Translations under genes and position numbers: made by a program
Notes under the pieces: model-generated
Told to the model about the DNA's origin: nothing
Database searches by the model: none
Seen by the model: the letters and a program-made list of their open reading frames with translations, nothing else
Shown here: piece by piece, positions 25,075 to 32,000 of the stretch
Position numbering within the stretch: the stretch's first letter is position 1
Layout: each line of letters opens with the position of its first letter
Assembly (NCBI RefSeq): GCF_014641075.1
Contig: NZ_BMHP01000001.1
Span: 1,820,171-1,852,170, forward strand
Length of the DNA: 32,000 nt
From: Paenibacillus nasutitermitis
Lineage (GTDB): Bacteria; Bacillota; Bacilli; Paenibacillales; Paenibacillaceae
Direction: 5' to 3'

Positions 25075-25384
25075 ATGCTCAATCAAATAACAATCCAAAC
25101 GGAGTTGATAGTGCGTCAAGCGAAGAAGTCATGGATACGTGCCGATATTAAGTCGCCAGCGGGGATGCAGGGCATTTTGTTATAGAAGATAATGAGCCCG
25201 GCATATTTATGAATCCCTGGAATTTGAAAGTATGAATGAGATGATCATACAGATTTAACGGTTTGGTTAAACTATGAAGGAGGAGACGATGAAAAAAAAA
25301 TGAACTCCATCGGCTACTTTTTCCGTATACCTATTGTCGGGTTATAATACTTACTTATTTTGGTTGCAAAGGGGAGAGGGCAAG

Positions 25385-26161
25385 TTGGAGTCATTGTGGT
25401 TGGAATATGCATGGGCACTGCTAATTCTTATCGGTTTGGAAGGATTGTTATCAGCTGACAATGCGCTCGTATTGGCAGTCATTGCGAAGCATTTACCGGA
25501 GGATCAAAAGAAGAGGGCCATTAATTACGGGATCATTATGGCTTTTGTTTTCCGCTTCGCCGCTCTCTTTGCGATATCATTTATTGCGAACGTCTGGCAA
25601 ATACAGGCGATCGGAGCAGCTTACCTTTTATATCTCGGGTTAAAGCACATTATCAAAGCGCGTTTCGGCAAGGAAAACGAAAACATCCGCAAGGACTTAA
25701 AGAAAGAGGCTGCAGGAAAAGGCTTCTGGCCAACCGTGGGAAAGCTCGCTCTTGCAGATCTTGCTTTTGCGATTGATTCCATTCTTGCTGCAGTCGCTCT
25801 GGCATTGGGTCTTCCGGATTCACCGCTTGCTGATTTCGGCGGTATGGACGGCGGGAAATTCTTGATTGTCCTGCTTGGCGGAATCGCCGGGCTCGTCCTG
25901 ATCAAATTTGCGGCCACATGGTTTGTAAAGCTTCTTGCTCAGCGGCCAGCTCTCGAGACAACGGCCTATGCGATCGTGGCATGGGTTGGCGTGAAACTCG
26001 CTATTATTACGTTGTCCCATGAAGATATTGGCGTGTTAGCTCATGATTTCCCGCATGGCGCTGTTTGGACCACGATCTTCTATGCTGTGCTGGTTGCAAT
26101 AGCCCTGCTCGGTTGGTTTGCACCTTCGAATAAAAAACATACTCAGACGGATACCATTTAG
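25385..26161 (+). CDS. TerC-family integral membrane protein (YkoY/YceF-like)
   Basis: RBS AAAGGGGAGAGGG before TTG 25385. LIGLEGLLSADNALVLAV and LADLAFAIDSILAAVAL are the TerC-family duplicated motifs. The listed start 25334 adds 17 unlikely residues. Confidence 0.8.
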   Translation: MESLWLEYAWALLILIGLEGLLSADNALVLAVIAKHLPEDQKKRAINYGIIMAFVFRFAALFAISFIANVWQIQAIGAAYLLYLGLKHIIKARFGKENENIRKDLKKEAAGKGFWPTVGKLALADLAFAIDSILAAVALALGLPDSPLADFGGMDGGKFLIVLLGGIAGLVLIKFAATWFVKLLAQRPALETTAYAIVAWVGVKLAIITLSHEDIGVLAHDFPHGAVWTTIFYAVLVAIALLGWFAPSNKKHTQTDTI

Positions 26162-26186
26162 ATTCGACACTCAAAAGCTGATAGGC

Positions 26187-26216
26187 GGCCATCCCTTAGG
26201 GATGGCCATATTTTTG
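26187..26216. terminator. Bidirectional terminator between convergent genes
   Basis: Perfect 9-bp stem GGCCATCCC / GGGATGGCC, loop TTA, T-rich 3' side (ATATTTTTGTT). Confidence 0.75.
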
Positions 26217-26225
26217 TTGAGTGAG

Positions 26226-26657
26226 TCACTTCGGATATAATTTTGTAAGCGCCTCACGCTGCGGCTCGCGAATATGGATGACCGGACGGATTGCCTTGGC
26301 TTTCTGCTCAGCTTCTTCGATGGTTCGAGCCAGTCCCAGCTCAATTAAGGTTCCGACAGCAACAGCACCTGTTCTGCCTTTCCCCCCGCCACAATGAAAA
26401 CCCACTCTTTTGCCGCTATGATAAGCATCGACGACATGGCTGATCGCTTGATGAAACAGGACATCCTGAGGCGTATCGGTGTTATCGCCCAGAGGAACCA
26501 CAATCTTTGTCGCTTTTTCATCCGAATGATCTATTTCCGAAGCTTCTCCACGTAAATCTACGATAATCTCACATTTAGCATCTTCAATCATGTGCGGCAC
26601 ATCGTCTGCGCCTCCGAAATAAATACGATCCTGGATAAGGGCTTGATAATTGGACAT
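26226..26657 (-). CDS. Cysteine-dependent protein phosphatase (dual-specificity / PTP-like)
   Basis: Signature HCGGGKGRTG (HCX5R[S/T]). 143 aa. RBS GGGAGA upstream on the minus strand. Confidence 0.8.
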   Translation of the reverse strand: MSNYQALIQDRIYFGGADDVPHMIEDAKCEIIVDLRGEASEIDHSDEKATKIVVPLGDNTDTPQDVLFHQAISHVVDAYHSGKRVGFHCGGGKGRTGAVAVGTLIELGLARTIEEAEQKAKAIRPVIHIREPQREALTKLYPK

Positions 26658-26932
26658 GTTTTTAATCTCCCATCGATTGGTTTAATGACTAGTAGCAGCT
26701 GTTTACAGCGTGGTTGGGTAACGGCATCCGCCAATTCGGATACTGCCCGATCCGGGGAATATCCGCATTTTTTAATCATACCGGAATAACCTCCCGGATA
26801 AACGGTTTTTCTAAACTTTATGCAGGGAAATGGACAGGTTGTGGGAAACTGGCGATCAGAATAGTGACAGAAACGACGGGGTTTGATATTCTGTCCCAAA
26901 ATGGTTCATTATCGGACTTGGGAGTGATTATT

Positions 26933-27538
26933 GTGGACAAGAATCAGATATCAACCCGGTCAAAGCAAATAATTGCTGCTGTTAACCATCTGCTAACAGG
27001 ACGTACGACTCCATTGGTTATGTCCCTGGATGGAGGGAGCGGCGCAGGCAAATCCACGCTTGCTGCTGAATTGGCTTCGGTATTGGAAGCAGCAGTCATT
27101 TCATGTGATGATTTCTTCGACGCATCGATCTCTGACGAAGAATGGGACACCTGCACAGCGGAGCAAAAATGTCTTCGTTGTATCGACTGGGAGCGGCTGC
27201 GGAAGGAAGCCTTAACCCCGTTAATTGCTGGACGGGAAGCACGGTATCATCCATTTTCTTTCACTTCGGGAAACGGGGTAGCAGCTAGCCTGGTTACCAA
27301 AAATCCGGCACCCGTCATTATTCTGGACGGCATCTACAGCTCGCTTCCCGTGCTATCGGATGTGGTTCATTTTACCGTTCTTGTGGATGTGACTCCCGAA
27401 ATCCGGCGAGAGAGGCATAATCTCAGAGAAGGCAGCAGCGATGCGGCTTGGCATCTCCGGTGGGATTCAGCAGAGGATTATTATTTCTCAACCATACGTC
27501 CGCCAGCTTTATTTGATTTAGTCGTTACTAACCAGTAA
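26933..27538 (+). CDS. P-loop kinase (uridine kinase / AAA-like family)
   Basis: SD GGAG 8 nt before GTG 26933. Walker A LDGGSGAGKSTLA, Walker B-like VIILDGIY. The listed start 26714 adds a non-protein-like extension across the divergent intergenic region. Confidence 0.65.
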   Translation: MDKNQISTRSKQIIAAVNHLLTGRTTPLVMSLDGGSGAGKSTLAAELASVLEAAVISCDDFFDASISDEEWDTCTAEQKCLRCIDWERLRKEALTPLIAGREARYHPFSFTSGNGVAASLVTKNPAPVIILDGIYSSLPVLSDVVHFTVLVDVTPEIRRERHNLREGSSDAAWHLRWDSAEDYYFSTIRPPALFDLVVTNQ

Positions 27539-27587
27539 ACGATATCAGGCTTGTAAAAAAAAGTCTTTATTTTGCCGTCTATCTAGA

Positions 27588-27602
27588 TTATAATAATTAT
27601 AA
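27588..27602. promoter_or_regulatory. Perfect PerR-box (Fur-family 7-1-7 operator) TTATAATAATTATAA overlapping a TATAAT hexamer
   Basis: Read directly at 27588-27602. It matches the B. subtilis PerR consensus TTATAATNATTATAA at 14 of 14 specified positions. It lies 125 nt upstream of the P-type ATPase start. Confidence 0.7.
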
Positions 27603-27726
27603 ATAAGATGAAATCCAGCAACAAAATAGAATGATGTTTAACATGCTGCTCCTTAACGGGGGCAGCTTGTGCCATTTTAAGGGAGTTAATAATGGGACTC
27701 ATTCTCAATAGGAAGGAGAGATCATC

Positions 27727-29700
27727 ATGAGTTCTTTATTTCAATCAACTAAAGGCTGCGCGAAGCAGCAGAATATTCACCCCACCCCAACAATGGAACA
27801 GGATAATGAAAATTGGCTCAAACGCAACGGTGAAGGCGCTGCAGCCCTGGGAAGCGGGGTCTTAATCGCTGCGGCATGGGGTCTTGGAGATGAATTTCAT
27901 CTTTGGTCGATCCTTATTTATTGTCTTGCGTTTGCAGTTGGGGGGTATGTGAAGGCTAAAGAAGGCTTGCATACTCTATTCGTGGATCGCGATCTGGATG
28001 TCAATCTGCTGATGATTGTCGCAGCCATCGGCGCAGCCAGTATCGGGTACTGGACCGAAGGGGCGGTGCTGATCTTTATTTTCTCCCTGAGCGGAGCGCT
28101 CGAGACCTATACAATGGATCGAAGCAGCCGCGACATCTCATCCTTGATGGGGTTGAAGCCGGAATCCGCCGTTCTGATCACAGACGGTGTGGAGACTTTG
28201 GTAGCCATTGAAGAGTTGACGGTAGGCGACATCGTATTGGTTAAGCCGGGAGAGCGGATTCCATCAGACGGACGGGTGCTGGAAGGATCATCCGCCGTTA
28301 ATCAGTCCTCCATTACGGGTGAATCGATTCCGGTTGACAAAGAACCGAACGATGAGGTTTATGCGGGGACTTTGAACGGTCAAGGTGCATTGTTCGTTGA
28401 AGTCAGCCAGCCGAGTGAATCCACGCTTTTTGCCAAAATCATCCGTCTAGTCCAGGAAGCGCAGAGCGAGAAGCCTGCGTCCCAATTGTTTATGGAACGA
28501 TTTGAACGTCTATATGCGAGAATAATCATTTCCCTGACCGTTTTTCTGATTATTGTCCCGCCATTTGTTTTCCACTGGTCATGGAATGACGCCTTCTACA
28601 AAGCAATGGTATTTCTGGTCGTCGCTTCGCCTTGCGCGCTGGTCGCATCCATTATGCCCGCCATGCTGTCGGCCATATCCAGCAGTGCGAGAAAGGGTCT
28701 TCTGTTCAAAGGAGGCGCGCATCTAGAGAATCTGGGAGGAATCAAGGCGATTGCTTTTGACAAAACAGGAACACTGACAGCCGGGAATCCGGTGGTAACG
28801 GATGTCTATTCCTATCAGGGGTACGATGAAGCCGTCATACTGAAAATCGCTGCTTCGATGGAAAGTCTATCCGAGCATCCGCTGGCCCAAGCGATCGTTC
28901 TTGAAGCGCAAAGTAGAGAACTTAAGCTTGAACGCCCAACTGACTTTCAGGCGCATACAGGCTGGGGAATCGAAGCAAAATGGAACGGGGAATTGTGGAA
29001 AATCGGTAAACCTGCTTTTCTGGATGACTGTTTCCGGACGCCGGAATTGTCGACTTTGCTTGACAGATTGGAACGCGAGGGAAAAACAGTAACGATTATG
29101 CATAATTCGCAGGGAATTGCCGGCGTGATCGCGCTGCGCGACAAAATCCGCAGTGAAGCCAAGCATGCCGTTGCTTTGCTTAAAGAGTTGGGCGTTCACG
29201 TCGTCATGTTGACAGGAGACCGGATGCAAACGGCGCAGGCCATCGCCAAAGAGCTGGATATTGACACCGTTTATGCCGATTTGCTGCCCGAGGATAAAGT
29301 GAGCCGGATCAGAGAGCTGAAACAGACCTACGGAAATATTGCGATGGTCGGGGACGGAATCAATGACGCTCCCGCTCTGGCGATTGCGAACGTGGGGATC
29401 GCAATGGGAGCGGCAGGGAGCGACGCGGCGCTCGAGACTGCTGACCTGGTATTGATGAATGACGATACAGGATTGATTGCAGAAGCGATTGTACTGGGGA
29501 AGCGCGCGAAAACCATTATTAAACAAAACCTTATTTTTGCGATGAGTGTGATAATCCTCTTGATCATAACCAATTTTGTGAAGGGCGTCTCGCTTCCTCT
29601 TGGCGTGGTTGGGCATGAAGGGAGTACGATTCTGGTCATCCTTAACGGACTGCGTTTATTGCGTCAACGAAAAATAATTCCGGCCCAAAGGAGCCATTAA
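27727..29700 (+). CDS. P1B-4-type heavy-metal (Fe2+/Co2+/Zn2+) exporting P-type ATPase (PfeT/ZosA-like)
   Basis: RBS GGAAGGAG. There is no N-terminal CxxC metal-binding domain. TM4 SPC motif (VVASPCALV), DKTGTLT, TGDR, GDGINDAPAL, and TM6 HEGST. Confidence 0.9.
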   Translation: MSSLFQSTKGCAKQQNIHPTPTMEQDNENWLKRNGEGAAALGSGVLIAAAWGLGDEFHLWSILIYCLAFAVGGYVKAKEGLHTLFVDRDLDVNLLMIVAAIGAASIGYWTEGAVLIFIFSLSGALETYTMDRSSRDISSLMGLKPESAVLITDGVETLVAIEELTVGDIVLVKPGERIPSDGRVLEGSSAVNQSSITGESIPVDKEPNDEVYAGTLNGQGALFVEVSQPSESTLFAKIIRLVQEAQSEKPASQLFMERFERLYARIIISLTVFLIIVPPFVFHWSWNDAFYKAMVFLVVASPCALVASIMPAMLSAISSSARKGLLFKGGAHLENLGGIKAIAFDKTGTLTAGNPVVTDVYSYQGYDEAVILKIAASMESLSEHPLAQAIVLEAQSRELKLERPTDFQAHTGWGIEAKWNGELWKIGKPAFLDDCFRTPELSTLLDRLEREGKTVTIMHNSQGIAGVIALRDKIRSEAKHAVALLKELGVHVVMLTGDRMQTAQAIAKELDIDTVYADLLPEDKVSRIRELKQTYGNIAMVGDGINDAPALAIANVGIAMGAAGSDAALETADLVLMNDDTGLIAEAIVLGKRAKTIIKQNLIFAMSVIILLIITNFVKGVSLPLGVVGHEGSTILVILNGLRLLRQRKIIPAQRSH

Positions 29701-29710
29701 AACGATTCTA

Positions 29711-29741
29711 ACAGGACAGCCGGACAAGGCTGTCCTGTTTG
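29711..29741 (+). terminator. Rho-independent terminator
   Basis: Perfect 11-bp stem ACAGGACAGCC / GGCTGTCCTGT, loop GGACAA, then TTTG. Confidence 0.75.
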
Positions 29742-29818
29742 TCATTCATTCCGCTATCTTGCCTGATCGATAAAATTAAAAATCCCGCGGGCGCGGATCA
29801 TTTATTTGACAATACTGA

Positions 29819-29846
29819 TTGATAATTTAAGAAAAAGCGATATAAT
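29819..29846 (+). promoter_or_regulatory. Near-consensus sigma-A promoter TTGATA-N16-TATAAT
   Basis: TTGATA at 29819-29824 and TATAAT at 29841-29846. An additional TTGACA sits at 29806-29811. Confidence 0.6.
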
Positions 29847-29899
29847 AGTGAGTGATAATGATTATCGTTATTGCAAACTACAGGCAAGGGGTTTTGAAA

Positions 29900-30085
29900 A
29901 TGACTGTTCTGCTGCCGATTATGACCATGATCCTCGTTCTTCTTGGAGCATGTTGTCTTTTTATCTCGATGGATAATCATAAGAGGAAGAGCCTTCTGCA
30001 ACGAAACAGGAATCGGAACCCGAAGGAATTTCCGGTATTATCCACGAACCAATTAGAAGCACCCGGAAGCATTTTCCGCGAATAG
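29900..30085 (+). CDS. Small hydrophobic-N / basic-C protein (61 aa), possible membrane peptide or lipoprotein
   Basis: SD AAGGGG before ATG 29900. MTVLLPIMTMILVLLGACCLF is followed by HKRKSLLQRNRNRNPKE. The gene has its own promoter and terminator. Confidence 0.4.
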   Translation: MTVLLPIMTMILVLLGACCLFISMDNHKRKSLLQRNRNRNPKEFPVLSTNQLEAPGSIFRE

Positions 30086-30119
30086 ATTGGATGGAACAAC
30101 GAAATAAGAATTAATAAGG

Positions 30120-30151
30120 AGCGGATTACAATTTAATCGCTTCTTTTTTTT
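30120..30151 (+). terminator. Rho-independent terminator
   Basis: AGCG(G)ATTA / TAATCGCT stem with one bulge, followed by a T8-containing tract. Confidence 0.6.
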
Positions 30152-30245
30152 ACCCTTGCAAATTTCGTCGGCAAGATCACGTACAAACACAGAGTGAAAT
30201 CTGCTGAAGAACGAAAACCAATTTGACGATAATAGGGGATACATA

Positions 30246-31271
30246 ATGAACCCAATACCTTCTCTATTAGAATTGAAAAAATTGACGGAGAGACTGCAGC
30301 TGGGCGAGATAATTGGCGTACCGGAATCGATTTCCGGCGGTTTTCTGCATCGCATGTATGCGGTTGAAACCACACTTGGGAAATATGCGATTAAAGCATT
30401 AAACCCTCAAATCATGCAAAGGCCCGAAGCGATGCAGAACTTTCTCAACTCCGAGCATATTGCAACAATTGCAGCCAATCATACACCTGCTCTTCCAGCC
30501 AAAATCATTGATGGAACGCCTATCCATGAAATGGACAATCAATTCTATCTCGTGTTCAATTGGGCCGACGGTGAAAGTTTAAAACCTGATCAAATCAACA
30601 ACGATCACTGTGAGCAAATAGGAACGATTCTTGCTGTAATACATAAGACGGATTTTTCGGAAATAGCCCTGAGGAATTACGGCTCTGGTCATTCTTCACT
30701 AACAGATTGGAATGTCCATTTAAGAAAAGGGCAAGAAAACAATACAGATTGGGTTAATCCGCTGCAGGAAATCATCGATAAGCTGTATGAATGGAATGCT
30801 CAAGCTAACAAATCAGCAGAAATACTGACTTCGGAGACCGTAATAAGCCACCGGGATCTGGATCCGAAAAATGTCTTGTGGTGCCGGGATAATCCCATCC
30901 TTATAGATTGGGAGGCGGCTGGTTTAATAAATCCTATGCAAGATTTATTGGAAACGGCGATTTACTGGTCCGAAAATGAAACAGGAAGCATGGACAAAAA
31001 AAGATTTTTGGCTTTTATAGATGGATATAAAAAGCTTTATGGTACTCTTCAAGCCAATTGGAGATTAGTTTTGGAAAGTGGATTTTCAGGGAAATTGGGT
31101 TGGCTGGACTATAATTTAAAACGTTCTTTAGGGATGGAATGTTCTGATGAAGACGAGCAGCAAATGGGAACTAATCAAGTAAACGAAACCATTCATGCGA
31201 TCAAACGTTATGCGGATATGATTCCTGAATTAGAGAGTTGGATGCATCTTATTCAATTAAATGAGTATTAG
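30246..31271 (+). CDS. Aminoglycoside-phosphotransferase-fold (APH/ChoK-family) kinase, substrate unknown
   Basis: Catalytic loop HRDLDPKNVLW (HxDxxxxN), metal-binding IDWE, N-lobe lysine region KYAIKAL. Confidence 0.75.
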   Translation: MNPIPSLLELKKLTERLQLGEIIGVPESISGGFLHRMYAVETTLGKYAIKALNPQIMQRPEAMQNFLNSEHIATIAANHTPALPAKIIDGTPIHEMDNQFYLVFNWADGESLKPDQINNDHCEQIGTILAVIHKTDFSEIALRNYGSGHSSLTDWNVHLRKGQENNTDWVNPLQEIIDKLYEWNAQANKSAEILTSETVISHRDLDPKNVLWCRDNPILIDWEAAGLINPMQDLLETAIYWSENETGSMDKKRFLAFIDGYKKLYGTLQANWRLVLESGFSGKLGWLDYNLKRSLGMECSDEDEQQMGTNQVNETIHAIKRYADMIPELESWMHLIQLNEY

Positions 31272-31360
31272 CAGGTATGAAGTGGACGAAATAGAATAGT
31301 TAACATGGCAATTTATTTAAGCATGGCACTATACGACCCGGATTTCACCAGGAAGGATGT

Positions 31361-32000
31361 ATGAACGTGGAAAATGATCGTAACTGGGCAGGCAATTACA
31401 GGTACAGCGCTTCGGAATTCCATGCCCCCGAAAATGTGGAACAAATTCAGGAACAGGTTTCCCGCAGCAATCGGATCAAAGTGCTTGGCACGCGCCATTC
31501 CTTTAATGGAATCGCTGACTCGGTAGGGATCCTGCTGTCACTCGAGAAGCTAAATCGGGTGATTGCATTGGATCGTACGCATAACAAGGTCACCATCGAA
31601 GGCGGAATCCACTACGGGGACCTATGCCATTATCTTCACCATAACGGCTATGCGCTGCATAACTTGGCTTCCCTGCCGCATATTTCCGTTGCTGGTGCTT
31701 GCGCGACAGCTTCTCACGGTTCCGGTGACCGCAGTGGCAATCTGGCCACGGCGGTTCATGCTCTGGAAGTCGTTAAAGGCGACGGGGAGGTTATCCAGTT
31801 CTCCCGCGACCAGCAAGACGGAATTTTCGATGGAGCCGTTGTTGGACTCGGAGGGCTGGGGGTAATCACGAGTCTGACCTTGGATGTGATCCCGGACTTT
31901 CAGATGGCGCAATATGTCTATGACAGCTTGCCGCTCGCTCTTCTTAAAGAGCACTTTAACGATATTTTCTCAGACAGCTACAGCGTCAGTCTCTTCACGG
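31361..32000 (+). CDS. FAD-linked oxidase, alditol/xylitol oxidase or D-arabinono-1,4-lactone oxidase family, 3'-truncated by the window edge
   Basis: The gene is absent from the ORF track because it has no stop in the window. Hand translation from ATG 31361 (SD GGAAGG) gives MNVENDRNWAGNYRYSA...VLGTRHSFNGIAD...LASLPHISVAGACATASHGSG...GLGGLGVITSLTLDV with no stop through nt 32000. It closely parallels the remembered Streptomyces alditol oxidase N-terminus. Confidence 0.8.
   Translation, partial: MNVENDRNWAGNYRYSASEFHAPENVEQIQEQVSRSNRIKVLGTRHSFNGIADSVGILLSLEKLNRVIALDRTHNKVTIEGGIHYGDLCHYLHHNGYALHNLASLPHISVAGACATASHGSGDRSGNLATAVHALEVVKGDGEVIQFSRDQQDGIFDGAVVGLGGLGVITSLTLDVIPDFQMAQYVYDSLPLALLKEHFNDIFSDSYSVSLFT

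Noticed and set aside
25334-25384. Listed upstream starts for TerC (25334), the kinase (26714), the MFP (3237), ATPase 2 (7101), vanH (18888) and vanX (20880)
   Set aside because: In each case a downstream start has a proper SD and gives an N-terminus matching family expectations. The extensions add implausible residues or cross intergenic regulatory DNA.
25081-25384. yybP-ykoY Mn2+ riboswitch upstream of the TerC-family gene
   Set aside because: It was expected from context, but the conserved cores (GGGGAGUAG, UUGACAUA, AGACC) were not found by eye. The only GGGGAGA is the gene's own RBS. An Infernal scan is needed to be sure.
1-32000. CRISPR arrays, tRNA, rRNA or tmRNA genes, and prophage or defence-system gene sets
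   Set aside because: No regularly spaced repeats, no cloverleaf-like or rRNA-like segments, and no nuclease/helicase/methylase-type defence genes were recognised. Intergenic space is accounted for by promoters, terminators and gene remnants.

Overview
The window looks like chromosome from a moderately GC-rich Firmicute. Gene content and style suggest Paenibacillus, which is an inference. Most of it is on the + strand, and no rRNA, tRNA or CRISPR array was seen. The contents run in this order. (1) The 3' end of a sensor kinase is followed by a tightly coupled operon of SBP-like lipoprotein, ABC ATPase, membrane-fusion lipoprotein, 929-aa double-FtsX permease, second ABC ATPase and ECF sigma factor. 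(2) A lower-GC stretch carries a P-loop kinase-like gene and a PaiB-family gene. (3) A decay zone holds a DDE transposase with two frameshifts, an internally deleted IS110-family remnant abutting it, and a chimeric yeiH-family/LysR gene fragment. (4) A complete glycopeptide-resistance cluster is the main result. Its order is HTH, vanR, vanS, vanZ-like, serine-type DD-carboxypeptidase, vanW, vanH, D-Ala-D-Lac ligase, vanX, and 11-bp-phased CTACAG repeats sit in front of both of its promoters. That order matches none of the classical van operons I recall. The regulators, vanW and vanH read as VanB-type, while the ligase and VanX read closer to VanA/VanF. (5) The rest is housekeeping or accessory: a GntR/FadR regulator, a Gfo/Idh/MocA oxidoreductase, an SMP-30 lactonase, a TerC-family protein, a Cys-phosphatase, a P-loop kinase, a P1B-4 (SPC/HEGST) metal ATPase preceded by a perfect PerR-box, a small self-contained membrane-peptide gene and an APH-fold kinase. 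An FAD alditol-oxidase-like gene runs off the 3' edge and is missing from the ORF track. All family calls rest on motifs read by eye and on remembered reference sequences. No database search or alignment was run.
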